Below are positions 1 to 8,576 of a stretch of DNA of 14,855 nt, piece by piece. The notes below the pieces were generated by a model that worked only from the letters and a program-made list of their open reading frames with translations, was not told where the DNA came from and ran no database searches. How positions within the stretch are numbered: the stretch's first letter is position 1; each line of letters begins with the position of its first letter. The position numbers were made by a program, and so were the translations under genes. The stretch comes from an archaeon (GTDB lineage Archaea > Iainarchaeota > Iainarchaeia > Iainarchaeales > CSSED10-239): contig JBAWVI010000014.1 of NCBI GenBank assembly GCA_037147375.1, positions 1-14,855 of the forward strand, given 5' to 3'.

Positions 1-1
1 C

Positions 2-304
2 TTTGGATATTTTAAGAAAAGAGAAGAAATTATACAAGTTATTGATACTCCTGGACTTATTCATTCTGAATTTAAGGACATGAATATAATTGAAAAGCAA
101 GCAATTGTTGCAATTAAAGCGCTTGGAGATGTAATTATATTTTTATATAATAAGAATCAAACATACGAGCACCAACAAGAAGTGCTTGATAAGATAATCT
201 CAGAGAACCCTGAAAAGAAAGTATTTGTTTATCCTTCTTTTGGTTCTGAAATGAAAGGATATCCAAACATAACAAAAGAAAGAATACTAGATAAGGATTT
301 TTAA
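2..304 (+). CDS. GTP-binding protein, Nog1/COG1084-like TRAFAC GTPase, C-terminal fragment (5' end outside window)
   Basis: Frame 2 is open from the window edge. Its translation, FGYFKKREEIIQVIDTPGLIHSEFKDMNIIEKQAIVAIKALGDVIIF..., shows the G3 motif DTPG (nt 44-55). This is followed by the MN-x-IE-x-QAI-x-AI-x-L block typical of Nog1-type GTPases. Stop TAA at 302-304. Confidence 0.6.
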   Translation, partial: FGYFKKREEIIQVIDTPGLIHSEFKDMNIIEKQAIVAIKALGDVIIFLYNKNQTYEHQQEVLDKIISENPEKKVFVYPSFGSEMKGYPNITKERILDKDF

Positions 305-345
305 GATAGTTTAGTTTTCAAATCCAAAAGGTATTAAAATATATA

Positions 346-353
346 TTTATAAA
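346..353 (+). promoter_or_regulatory. Candidate archaeal TATA box (TTTATAAA) for the UPF0147-PolD operon
   Basis: TTTATAAA lies 62 nt upstream of ATG 415. A start site about 25 nt downstream would give a roughly 35-nt leader carrying the SD at 401-407. AT-rich background makes chance matches likely. Confidence 0.35.
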
Positions 354-400
354 TATTATATACAACACTATTTTTACAATACAATTGTTGTCATGCTAAA

Positions 401-407
401 GAGGTGA
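401..407 (+). promoter_or_regulatory. Shine-Dalgarno site GAGGTGA for ORF 415-687
   Basis: GAGGTGA lies 7 nt upstream of ATG 415 and is complementary to the conserved 3' end of archaeal 16S rRNA. Confidence 0.65.
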
Positions 408-414
408 AGTACAA

Positions 415-687
415 ATGACTAAGAAAGAAGAGATTTGTAAAAAACTCATAACCGAGATACTGCAAGAAACAGAATACCTTCTTGAAGATCATACAATACC
501 TAAAAACATAACTAATGTAATTAGATCTGTTGAAGAAAGATTACAAAAAAACCTAAGTCCTGTTGAAGTTTCAAGTATCATATACGAGCTTGAGGAAACA
601 GCTAATGGACTTAATGCACCCGAATTTAGATCAGTTGTTTGGGCATTAATCAGTAAACTTGAAACGCTTATGGAGAACTTGAAATAG
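415..687 (+). CDS. UPF0147 family small helical protein (Pfam PF03685-like), function unknown
   Basis: 90-aa ORF with a strong SD. The blocks DHTIPKNITNVIRS and LNAPEFRSVVWALISKLE line up with the T-V-P-R-N-I-R and DPNMP..R..IW.I.S.LE signature blocks I recall for archaeal UPF0147 proteins. This is from memory, not a search. Confidence 0.65.
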   Translation: MTKKEEICKKLITEILQETEYLLEDHTIPKNITNVIRSVEERLQKNLSPVEVSSIIYELEETANGLNAPEFRSVVWALISKLETLMENLK

Positions 688-688
688 A

Positions 689-2140
689 ATGGATCAAGAA
701 ATTATTAATTATGCAAATGCAAAAGGAATGATACTTACAGAAGAAGCATTAAGACTTTTGAATAATTATAATTATAGAGACGTTATTGATAAGCTTAAAA
801 TTAAAGATAAAATATTTGTTTTACCAAAAGATGTTATTGATGTTTGTAAAGATGGGGATTGTAAGGTTAAACCAGAGTATACAAAAAATTATTATATAAT
901 GGACAAGTACGATGTTACTGGAAAAACCTATTCACAAGGAAGAGTTGAAGACTTTCTTAATCTTTTTACTGATAAATACAAAACTATTTCTGAAATTATA
1001 AAAGAGAGGTCAGACTTTGAGCCAACAAACATATCCGAAGCAAAGCATCTTGGAAAAAATAAGAAAGTAGATATTATTGGAATGGTTTATGAGAAAAGAA
1101 CAAGCAAGAACGGAAATACAATCATAAACGTTGATGATCCAACTGGTTCTGTTAATCTAGTAGTTACAAGTAAAAATGAAGAATTGTTTAAGGAAGCAAA
1201 AGAAATACTTAATGATAATGTTATTGGATTCAAGTGCAATGTGATTGCAGAAAACATGTTCATTGTTAATGAAATTATTTATCCAGATATCCCTATACAG
1301 AATAATAAACCTCATCTTAATGAAGAAGTTTATGTTGCAATAATTGCAGATGTGCATATTGGAAGTAAACTGTTTCTTGAGAATGAATTTACTGAATTCA
1401 TTGATTGGTTATCTGGTAAAGATGATGGAGATCAAAGACTTGCAAAGAAAATAAAATACTTAATTATTGCTGGAGATCTTGTGGATGGAATTGGAGTTTA
1501 TCCTGCTCAATTTGAAGAACTTGCTATTACAGACATATTCAAGCAATATGAATTATTTGAAGATTATATTTTAAAGATTCCAAAGGACATTACTATATTT
1601 ATAACTCCAGGAAATCATGATGCTGTGAGACTGTCAGACCCACAACCAGCAATCACAAAGCAATTTCTTCCAAGATTATCAGAACAAGAAAATATACATT
1701 TAATGGGTTCTCCTTCATGGGTAAATCTTGAAGGGTTTAAAACACTTATTTATCATGGAGCATCTCTTCATGGAATATATGCTGAGATTAAGGAAGCAAC
1801 TATGTCTACACCAGACATTGCAATGAGAGAAGTTATTAAGAGAAGAGATCTTATGCCGCAATATGGAGAGAGACAAACATTCATTCCTATGGAAAAAAAC
1901 TTAATGACAATTAATGAAGTTCCAGATATATTTATTGGAGCAGATGTTCATCATCATGCATATTCAAAATATAAAAATTGTCACTTAATTAATGCATCTT
2001 GTTGGCAATCAATTACAGCTTATCAAATTGAAAAAGGACATCATCCAACACTTTGTAAAGTTCTTTTACTTAACTTAAAAGATCAAACATTAAAAATAAA
2101 AGATTTCTTAAAACCAGAAGAAGAAAAAATGCAATTGTAA
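689..2140 (+). CDS. polB: DNA polymerase II (PolD) small subunit DP1, Mre11-like 3'-5' exonuclease
   Basis: 483-aa ORF with an N-terminal helical domain and a central OB-like segment (VDIIGMVYEKR...INVDDPTGSVNLVV). It carries the calcineurin-type phosphoesterase motifs DVHIGS, GDLVDG and GNHD. ATG 689 lies 1 nt after the UPF0147 stop, and the stop lies 6 nt before DP2. Confidence 0.93.
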   Translation: MDQEIINYANAKGMILTEEALRLLNNYNYRDVIDKLKIKDKIFVLPKDVIDVCKDGDCKVKPEYTKNYYIMDKYDVTGKTYSQGRVEDFLNLFTDKYKTISEIIKERSDFEPTNISEAKHLGKNKKVDIIGMVYEKRTSKNGNTIINVDDPTGSVNLVVTSKNEELFKEAKEILNDNVIGFKCNVIAENMFIVNEIIYPDIPIQNNKPHLNEEVYVAIIADVHIGSKLFLENEFTEFIDWLSGKDDGDQRLAKKIKYLIIAGDLVDGIGVYPAQFEELAITDIFKQYELFEDYILKIPKDITIFITPGNHDAVRLSDPQPAITKQFLPRLSEQENIHLMGSPSWVNLEGFKTLIYHGASLHGIYAEIKEATMSTPDIAMREVIKRRDLMPQYGERQTFIPMEKNLMTINEVPDIFIGADVHHHAYSKYKNCHLINASCWQSITAYQIEKGHHPTLCKVLLLNLKDQTLKIKDFLKPEEEKMQL

Positions 2141-2146
2141 ATAAAT

Positions 2147-5100
2147 ATGGAAATTAAAAACTTAATAGCAAATGAAGATGTAAAAAACTACTTCACTTTA
2201 CTTTCAGAAAAGATTGCTATAGCTGTAAGCACAGCAAAGGAAGCAAAAAGAACAGGAAGAGATATTACTAATGATATTGAGTCTGTTCCTGCTGCTGGTA
2301 TTGCTGAAAAAACTGAAATTCTTGTTGGACCAAAGGGTGTTTCTGAAATTTATAATAATTTATGGGAATTACATAAAGATAGATTCAAGATTACACTAAT
2401 TATATTTGATATGATTTTAGATAATGAACTTGGATTTATTGAAGATCCAGAAAAAAGACTAGAGCAAGCAATTAGAACTGCACTTGTTATTCAAACTGAT
2501 GGAGTTGTTGTTTCTCCAATTACTGGACTTCCGCATATAAAGATTTCTAAAAATCCTGATGGAACATCATACCCAGATATTTATTATGCGGGACCAATTA
2601 GAGCTGCAGGAGGAAATGCACAAACACTTCCTCTTCTTCTTGCGGATTATGCAAGAAGCAAACTACATTTAGATAAATTCAAACCAAGTGAACAAGAAAT
2701 AGAAAGATATGTTGAAGAAGGAATGATTTATCAGAATGATATTGTTGCAAGACAACAAAGAGTTACTGAAAAAGAAGTTAAAATTATTGTTGAAAACTGT
2801 CCAATCTGTATGAACTCAGGACCTGACTCTGATATTGAAGTTTCTGTTCATAGAGATCTTGAAAGAGTTCCAACAAACAGAATAAGAGGAGCAATGTGTC
2901 TTGTTTTAATTGATGGACTTTATGTTAGAGCAGCAAAGATACAAAAGACAGCAAAGAAGATGGGACTTAATTGGGATTGGCTTGAAAAATTAATTAAGAT
3001 TAATAAAACTGCAGAAGGTGGATTTACTTTAAAGCCAAGCACAAAGTATATTGAAGGACTTGCTGCAGGTAGACCTGTTTTTTCATATCCATTTGCTCCA
3101 GGTGGATTTAGAATAAGATATGGAAAAGCAAGAAATGCTGGGCTTATGGCTAAAGCAATTAATCCAGCAACCATGTATGTTCTTGATGAGTTCATTGCGG
3201 TTGGAACGCACGGAAGACTTGAAAGACCAGGTAAATCATTACAATATTTTCCTTGCTCAACAGTGGATGGACCAATTGTTAGATTGAAAAATAAAGATGT
3301 TGTAAAAATAGATAAAGTTATAGATGCTAAAAAATATCATGATGAAATTGATAAGATATTATTTGTTGGAGATATGTTAATTGATATTGGAGATTTTAAA
3401 AAATCTGGACATCCATTAATTAAGAGCGGATATGTTGAGGAAGAATGGCTTGCTGAAATGAAATATCTTGAAAGAACAGAAAAGATAGATAAAAAGATTC
3501 TTGAGAAAGCACAAGACTTTTATGAAAATCCAAATCCATATACAGCAGTTAATATTTCAATTGAAAATAATCTACCATTATTTCCAAAGTATATACACTA
3601 TTATGATTTATTATGTGCAGAAGAATTAAAAATATTAATTACTAAATTTAGAGATGCAGAAAAAATATTTGAAGAAAATAAGATTGTTGGTGCAAAGGTT
3701 AAATATAATAATTTAATTAAAAGCATATTAGAAAAGATGGGATTACCACATAGGTTCCTTGAGGATGGGTTCCACATACTTATTGGAGAAGAATATGCAT
3801 ATCCACTTCTTAAAACTCTAGGAGCATTAAATCAAACAGATCCTATAGAAGAATTTAAAGATACTTTGGATGCTGAAGATAAAAGCATAACTGAAAAATT
3901 AACAATGATTTCTGGATTTGATATTAGAGAAAAATCAGGAACTTGGATTGGTGCAAGAATGGGTAGACCAGAAGCAGCTCATGAAAGAGAAATGGCTGGT
4001 AAACCAAATGCATTATTTCCAATTGGTAAAGGCTTTGGAAATAATAGAGATCTAATTAAGGCCGCAAGAACAAAAAGTAATGAATCAGATGTAAATGATG
4101 GATATGGAATTTCTGATGTTGAAATTAAATCATATATTTGTCCTGGTTGTAAAAAAGTAATGTTTGGACCATATTGTTTTGAGTGTAATCTTAAAGCTAA
4201 GGAAATGAGAGTTTGTTTAATATGTAATAAACAATTGTATGATGTGGTGTGCCCAACTTGTAAAAATAAAACTAAACCAAAACTTGATCACACAATAAGC
4301 ATTGATGCACTTATTGAACAAGCTTCAAAGAACCTAAAGGTTGGAATTCCAGAACATCTTAAGGGTGTTAAAGGTTTAATCTCTGAAGAGAAAAATGCAG
4401 AACCACTTGAGAAAGGAATCTTAAGAGCAAAATATTTACTTCAAATATTCCGTGATGGAACTGTAAGATATGAGGCACTTAATGCAACTATTTCTCAATT
4501 CACTTGTAAGGAACTTAATCTTACTCTTGAAAAGGTTAAAGAACTTGGATATAAAACTGATTATCTTGGAAAACCAATAATAAACATTGAACAAAGAATA
4601 AGTATATTCCCTCAAGACATTATTGTTGATGATAATTGTGGTGAACATTTCCTAAAAGTAAGTAAGTTTATTGATGATGAGCTTGAAAAGTTTTATGGAC
4701 AGAAGAAATTTTATAATAAAACAACTAAAGAAGAATTAATTGGAGAGCTTGTTATTGGACTTGCTCCACACACATCTGCTGGAATTGTTGGAAGAATTAT
4801 TGGATATTCCAAATCTCGTCTTGCATGGGGGCATCCATATTATATCACAGCAAAAAGAAGAAATGTTGATGGAGATCAAGATTCAATGATGCTTCTAATG
4901 GATCCTATGCTTAATTTTTCATATAGTTATCTTGCTAATAACAGTGGAGGGAAAATGGATGCTCCACTTACATTTACAACAATCATGAATCCATACGAGA
5001 TTGATGATGAATGCTATGAAATTGAAACAGTTACTGAATATCCTTATGAATTTTATTTAAACACAAAAAACTTTGGAGATCCGTACGATAAGAATGTGCA

Positions 5101-5611
5101 GTATGTTGTAAAGGTTCTTGGAACAGAGGATCAATATAGTTGTATTAAGTTTACTCATGATACAACAACATTTGATGAAGGACCTAAGCAAAGTGCATAT
5201 CTTCAAATTAAATCAATGGCAGATAAAGTTGATAAGCAAGCAAGACTTCAAGAAAGAATTGCAGCTGTTGATAACAAGGATGCATTAGAGCGTCTTCTCC
5301 ATTATCATCTTTTTCCAGACATTATTGGAAACACAAGAGCGTTTGCAAGACAACAATTAAGATGTGTAAAGTGTAATAAAAAATATAGAAGAATGCCTCT
5401 TTCAGGACATTGTTCATGTAATGGTAAGTTAATCCTAACAATTGCAGAAGGATCAATTAAGAAATATGTAAACATTGCAAGAGATATAATAATTAAATAT
5501 CAATTAAAGCCATATCTTCTTCAGAAGATAAATCTTGCAGAAGAAGAAATAAATTCCTTATTTTCAAATAAAGAAGAAAAGAATCAAAAAAGCTTGTCGG
5601 ATTTCTTTTGA
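2147..5611 (+). CDS. polC: DNA polymerase II (PolD) large catalytic subunit DP2
   Basis: 1154-aa ORF with the PolD large-subunit blocks AGPIRAAGG, RIRGAMCLVL and GLAPHTSAGIVGRIIG. The catalytic block is KRRNVDGDQDSMMLLMD...GGKMDAPL, with all three Asp retained. There is an internal 8-Cys zinc cluster (CPGC..CFEC..CLIC..CPTC) and a C-terminal CVKC...CSC module. The length is normal, with no intein-sized insertion. Confidence 0.96.
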   Translation: MEIKNLIANEDVKNYFTLLSEKIAIAVSTAKEAKRTGRDITNDIESVPAAGIAEKTEILVGPKGVSEIYNNLWELHKDRFKITLIIFDMILDNELGFIEDPEKRLEQAIRTALVIQTDGVVVSPITGLPHIKISKNPDGTSYPDIYYAGPIRAAGGNAQTLPLLLADYARSKLHLDKFKPSEQEIERYVEEGMIYQNDIVARQQRVTEKEVKIIVENCPICMNSGPDSDIEVSVHRDLERVPTNRIRGAMCLVLIDGLYVRAAKIQKTAKKMGLNWDWLEKLIKINKTAEGGFTLKPSTKYIEGLAAGRPVFSYPFAPGGFRIRYGKARNAGLMAKAINPATMYVLDEFIAVGTHGRLERPGKSLQYFPCSTVDGPIVRLKNKDVVKIDKVIDAKKYHDEIDKILFVGDMLIDIGDFKKSGHPLIKSGYVEEEWLAEMKYLERTEKIDKKILEKAQDFYENPNPYTAVNISIENNLPLFPKYIHYYDLLCAEELKILITKFRDAEKIFEENKIVGAKVKYNNLIKSILEKMGLPHRFLEDGFHILIGEEYAYPLLKTLGALNQTDPIEEFKDTLDAEDKSITEKLTMISGFDIREKSGTWIGARMGRPEAAHEREMAGKPNALFPIGKGFGNNRDLIKAARTKSNESDVNDGYGISDVEIKSYICPGCKKVMFGPYCFECNLKAKEMRVCLICNKQLYDVVCPTCKNKTKPKLDHTISIDALIEQASKNLKVGIPEHLKGVKGLISEEKNAEPLEKGILRAKYLLQIFRDGTVRYEALNATISQFTCKELNLTLEKVKELGYKTDYLGKPIINIEQRISIFPQDIIVDDNCGEHFLKVSKFIDDELEKFYGQKKFYNKTTKEELIGELVIGLAPHTSAGIVGRIIGYSKSRLAWGHPYYITAKRRNVDGDQDSMMLLMDPMLNFSYSYLANNSGGKMDAPLTFTTIMNPYEIDDECYEIETVTEYPYEFYLNTKNFGDPYDKNVQYVVKVLGTEDQYSCIKFTHDTTTFDEGPKQSAYLQIKSMADKVDKQARLQERIAAVDNKDALERLLHYHLFPDIIGNTRAFARQQLRCVKCNKKYRRMPLSGHCSCNGKLILTIAEGSIKKYVNIARDIIIKYQLKPYLLQKINLAEEEINSLFSNKEEKNQKSLSDFF

Positions 5612-5653
5612 ATTAATTTAAAAAATAGAAAAGAAGAAGAAAATTTAAATTAT

Positions 5654-5698
5654 AAAAAAAAGAAAAAGAGTTAAAGAATAAATTTAATTATTCTTTAA
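5654..5698 (-). terminator. Hairpin plus U-tract terminator candidate downstream of rps10
   Basis: A perfect 11-bp inverted repeat, TTAAAGAATAA (5671-5681) / TTATTCTTTAA (5688-5698), has a 6-nt loop. On the - strand it is followed by CTC-T5-C-T8 (complement of 5654-5670). The rps10 stop codon (5688-5690) lies inside the stem. Confidence 0.45.
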
Positions 5699-5996
5699 GT
5701 TCAATTGACATTTGTACATCTGCTGGAACATCAACCTTAACAACTCTTCTTAAGATCTTGTCATCAGCTTTAACATCAATTATTCTCTTGTGTATTCTAA
5801 GTTGCCATTTCTGGTAGGTTTCAGTTCCTCCACCAGAGGGACCACGCCTTGTAGGAACCACTAACTTTTTGGTTTTTAAAGGGATGATTCCTGAGTGCTT
5901 AACTCCAGACTTTTGTGCAACGTCTATTATTTCCTTACAAAAATCTGTAAGTTTCTTGTAATCCGTGCTTGTTACAATAATTCTTGCTGTTTGCAT
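5688..5996 (-). CDS. rps10: 30S ribosomal protein S10 (uS10)
   Basis: 102-aa ORF. The core IIPLKTKKLVVPTRRGPSGGGTETYQKWQLRIHKRIIDV matches the conserved uS10 loop and beta core. It lies 27 nt downstream of tuf, the canonical archaeal tuf-rps10 order. Confidence 0.95.
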   Translation of the reverse strand: MQTARIIVTSTDYKKLTDFCKEIIDVAQKSGVKHSGIIPLKTKKLVVPTRRGPSGGGTETYQKWQLRIHKRIIDVKADDKILRRVVKVDVPADVQMSIELKE

Positions 5997-6005
5997 AAAC
6001 TTGTG

Positions 6006-6013
6006 TCATCCCC
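6006..6013 (-). promoter_or_regulatory. Shine-Dalgarno site GGGGATGA for rps10
   Basis: The complement of TCATCCCC reads GGGGATGA on the - strand, 9 nt upstream of the rps10 ATG (5996-5994). Confidence 0.55.
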
Positions 6014-6023
6014 AAATATATTT

Positions 6024-7298
6024 TTACTTAATCTTCTTTTTAACTTCTATGATTACACCAGCAGCAACTGTTTTACCCATATCTCTTATTGCAAGACGAC
6101 CAAGTTGTGGAAACTCTTTATATGTTTCAACACATAATGGTTGATTTGGTCTAATCTTAACAATAGCAGCATCTCCTGCTTTTAAGAATTTTGGATTTTC
6201 TTCCTTAACAGCACCTGTCTTTGGATCAAGTGATCTTACAAGTTCTGTTATAGTACATGAAATTTGAGCTGTGTGCATGTGGAATACTGGAGAATAACCA
6301 ACTGTTATTGCAGATGGATGGAATAATACAACTATTTGAGCTGTAAATTCTTCAGCAACTGTAGGTGGATTATTTACGTGACCAATTACTGATCCTCTCT
6401 TAATATCCTTTGGTCCTACTTTTCTTAAGTTGAATCCAATATTATCTCCTGGTACTGCTTCAGTTAATTGTTCGTGGTGCATTTCAATAGATTTAACTTC
6501 TGTTTCAACACCTTCTGGCATGATAATTATCTTATCATTAGGTCTCATAATTCCGCTAGAAATCTTTCCAACAGGAACTGTTCCAACACCCTTGATGTTA
6601 TAAACATCTTGTACAGGAAGTCTTAATGGCTTGTCTGTTGGTGGAACTGGAGCTACGAACATATCAAGTGCTTCAAGTAAGCATGGTCCATTAAACCAAG
6701 CTAATTTATCTGACTTCTTAACTATGTTATCTCCTGGATATGATGCGATTGGAATAATTTTCATATTCTCGTCTTTGTATCCAGAACCTTTTAATAATTT
6801 AGTAATATCTTCTTTGATTTCATTGAATCTTTCTTGTTTATATTCAACTTCATCCATCTTGTTAACTGCAACAACTATTTGTTTTATACCCATAACTTGA
6901 GCAAGGAAAGCATGTTCCTTTGTTTGAGCTTGGATACCATCTTTTGCAGCAACTACAAGAACAGCAGCATCAGCTTGAGAAGTTCCAGTTACCATGTTCT
7001 TAATATAATCTTGGTGGCCAGGAGCATCAATAACTGTGAAGAAATTCTTTTTAGTTTCGAACTTCTTGTAGTTAACATCAATTGTAATTCCTCTTTCTCT
7101 TTCTTCCTTTAATGTGTCCATCATGTAAGCGAAAGCGAATGTTCCTTTACCTTTTTCTTTAGCTATTGCTTCAAGTTTTCTATAATCTTGTTCAGGTAAT
7201 GCACCTGTGTCGTACATTAAACGACCAACTGTTGTTGATTTTCCGTGATCAATGTGTCCTATAAAAATAACATTGATATGTGGCTTTTCATTTGCCAT
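6024..7298 (-). CDS. tuf: Translation elongation factor 1-alpha (aEF-1A)
   Basis: 424-aa ORF with G1 [10 protein letters not shown]3 DAPGH and G4 NKMD. Domain II/III similarity is typical of EF-1alpha/EF-Tu ([27 protein letters not shown]). Confidence 0.97.
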   Translation of the reverse strand: MANEKPHINVIFIGHIDHGKSTTVGRLMYDTGALPEQDYRKLEAIAKEKGKGTFAFAYMMDTLKEERERGITIDVNYKKFETKKNFFTVIDAPGHQDYIKNMVTGTSQADAAVLVVAAKDGIQAQTKEHAFLAQVMGIKQIVVAVNKMDEVEYKQERFNEIKEDITKLLKGSGYKDENMKIIPIASYPGDNIVKKSDKLAWFNGPCLLEALDMFVAPVPPTDKPLRLPVQDVYNIKGVGTVPVGKISSGIMRPNDKIIIMPEGVETEVKSIEMHHEQLTEAVPGDNIGFNLRKVGPKDIKRGSVIGHVNNPPTVAEEFTAQIVVLFHPSAITVGYSPVFHMHTAQISCTITELVRSLDPKTGAVKEENPKFLKAGDAAIVKIRPNQPLCVETYKEFPQLGRLAIRDMGKTVAAGVIIEVKKKIK

Positions 7299-7305
7299 AT
7301 TTATT

Positions 7306-7310
7306 CCTCC
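7306..7310 (-). promoter_or_regulatory. Shine-Dalgarno site GGAGG for tuf
   Basis: CCTCC on the + strand reads GGAGG on the - strand, 7 nt upstream of the tuf ATG (7298-7296). Confidence 0.65.
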
Positions 7311-7498
7311 GTTATTTATTAAATTTCCTTAGTTTTTTTAATTAAAATACTTGCTAATAAAATTAGATTTATAGTGCAAGATATAATATATATTAAGAAA
7401 CCAAAGTATTTTTAAATAGAAACTAAAAGATTTTTTTTAAAACAAAATATATATAAACTCATCAACTATATATATATAATAAAGATAAAAGGATTATT

Positions 7499-8563
7499 AT
7501 GGCAGTAAATTCCATTCAAATATTAGTTGTAGTTATTATAATAATTATATTTGGAGTTATGATTACTTTATTAAATATGAGAAAGAAAGATAAAACCTCT
7601 GCAGGTATTGAGCAAAGCACTTGGCAAAAGATAGAAATCTTAAACGCTAAGAAGAAAGAACTACTTGATAAGAAAAAAGAACTATCATACAAATACACTG
7701 CAAAAACAGTTACAGATTCTGAATATTCAACAACAATTAAATATCTTAATGATGAGATTGAGAAAGTAAATCAAGATATAAATGTAGAAGTAAATAATTT
7801 AACTCAAGTTCAAGGAAAAGTGGATGCTGAATCTGATGTTAGATTCACAAATATTAAAATTAAGAGCGAATTATCTGAAACTAATTTAGAAAACAAAAAT
7901 CTTAAAGAAAAAGTTTCTGAGCTTGAAGAGTTTATTAAAAATGTTTCTAAGAATAATAATCTCCAAACAAATGGTGAAGATACTTCTATAAAAAAGTATT
8001 ATGAAATCATCTTAAATAAGTATAAAGATGAAATTAATGAAACTGAGAAGAAAACAATTTCTGAGATCAAAGAGATGGTTAAACCCACAGACCTCACCAT
8101 TAAAAGTTTATCATCTAAATATCAACCAATAAGTTATGATTATAATAAAGATTATTTAAATACATTAAGACAACTTTATAATTACCTTAAATCAGATGTT
8201 GAGGTTATTAGAAGTGATTTGAGATTATTATTTTGGATTGATTTCACTAGCATCATAACAAATAAGATTGCTGATGAACAAGATATATCTATTCTTTTTT
8301 GTTCATGTATGAAAGCATTATCTGATGAAGAAGCAAGAATTGAGATCGTAATGCTTGATGATGAGAAGATACATGCATTTGTTAAAACTAAATATAAGAA
8401 TACATTTTATATTTTTGATCTTGCACAAAAGGTTCCATTTGATATGTTCAAAAACGTTGATGAAAAACAGTTATATCAGGAATATAATTTTAATAATAGT
8501 AAGATTGCTAAAAGAATATATGCTTATAATCAAAATGAGTATATAGATTTTAGAACTGAGTAG
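7499..8563 (+). CDS. Membrane-anchored coiled-coil protein with a C-terminal transglutaminase-like (papain-fold) domain, probably catalytically inactive
   Basis: 354-aa ORF. There is one N-terminal TM helix (IQILVVVIIIIIFGVMITLL) followed by RKKDK. Residues about 40-185 are heptad-like and Lys/Glu/Asn-rich. The C-terminal block ADEQDISILFCSCMKAL...ARIEIVML...HAFVKTKYKNTFYIFDL resembles the G-x-C-x-D-f-a-x-L-f...R-x-v..HAWVEV...W..lDp core of transglutaminase-like proteins. Confidence 0.6.
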   Translation: MAVNSIQILVVVIIIIIFGVMITLLNMRKKDKTSAGIEQSTWQKIEILNAKKKELLDKKKELSYKYTAKTVTDSEYSTTIKYLNDEIEKVNQDINVEVNNLTQVQGKVDAESDVRFTNIKIKSELSETNLENKNLKEKVSELEEFIKNVSKNNNLQTNGEDTSIKKYYEIILNKYKDEINETEKKTISEIKEMVKPTDLTIKSLSSKYQPISYDYNKDYLNTLRQLYNYLKSDVEVIRSDLRLLFWIDFTSIITNKIADEQDISILFCSCMKALSDEEARIEIVMLDDEKIHAFVKTKYKNTFYIFDLAQKVPFDMFKNVDEKQLYQEYNFNNSKIAKRIYAYNQNEYIDFRTE

Positions 8564-8564
8564 T

Positions 8565-8576
8565 ATTAGATCTAAT
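8565..8576. repeat. Perfect 12-bp palindrome ATTAGATCTAAT directly upstream of a TATA-like box (TTTATAAT, 8579-8586)
   Basis: Read directly from the sequence, between the stop at 8563 and ATG 8604. Confidence 0.5.

Noticed and set aside
305-414. Possible replication origin next to the PolD genes, as in Pyrococcus where oriC-cdc6-DP1-DP2 are linked
   Set aside because: There is no cdc6/orc1 gene here, and I see no ORB or mini-ORB-like dyad repeats. The 110-bp spacer is fully accounted for by a TATA-like box and an SD.
1157-1357. 66-aa ORF antisense to the DP1 gene
   Set aside because: It lies entirely inside a well-supported CDS on the other strand. The product is low-complexity and Ile/Asn/Phe-rich, typical of antisense frames in AT-rich DNA, and there is no SD.
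2920-3195. 91-aa ORF antisense to DP2
   Set aside because: It is embedded in the most conserved part of DP2. It has no start context, and its composition mirrors the sense-strand codons.
4436-4648. 70-aa ORF antisense to DP2
   Set aside because: Same reasoning: a shadow ORF inside a conserved CDS.
2147-5611. Intein or other insertion in DP2, and the DGDQD variant of the catalytic motif
   Set aside because: The length (1154 aa) is normal and the conserved blocks are contiguous. I see no intein splice-junction motifs. The Glu-to-Gln change leaves the three Asp of the catalytic motif intact.
5895-6137. 80-aa + strand ORF spanning the rps10/tuf junction
   Set aside because: It overlaps two highly conserved - strand genes and their SD, and its product is a low-complexity Leu/Phe/Cys/Asn peptide.
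6631-7112. Two + strand ORFs (89 and 92 aa) antisense to tuf
   Set aside because: They are shadow ORFs within EF-1alpha, with Ser/Ile/Leu-rich products and no translation signals.
5688-7298. tuf-rps10 uncoupled from rps12-rps7-fusA (no str cluster upstream of tuf)
   Set aside because: A separate tuf-rps10 unit is a known arrangement in several archaeal lineages, so it is not unusual by itself.
7516-7698. 60-aa ORF antisense to the 5' end of the 7499-8563 gene
   Set aside because: It mirrors the TM and Lys-rich region of the sense gene, and its poly-Ile/Phe/Ser product has no SD.
8355-8546. 63-aa + strand ORF in an alternative frame of the 7499-8563 gene
   Set aside because: It is an out-of-frame overlap within the transglutaminase-like domain region. 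The product is a basic low-complexity peptide, and no slippery site or SD suggests frameshifting or an internal start.
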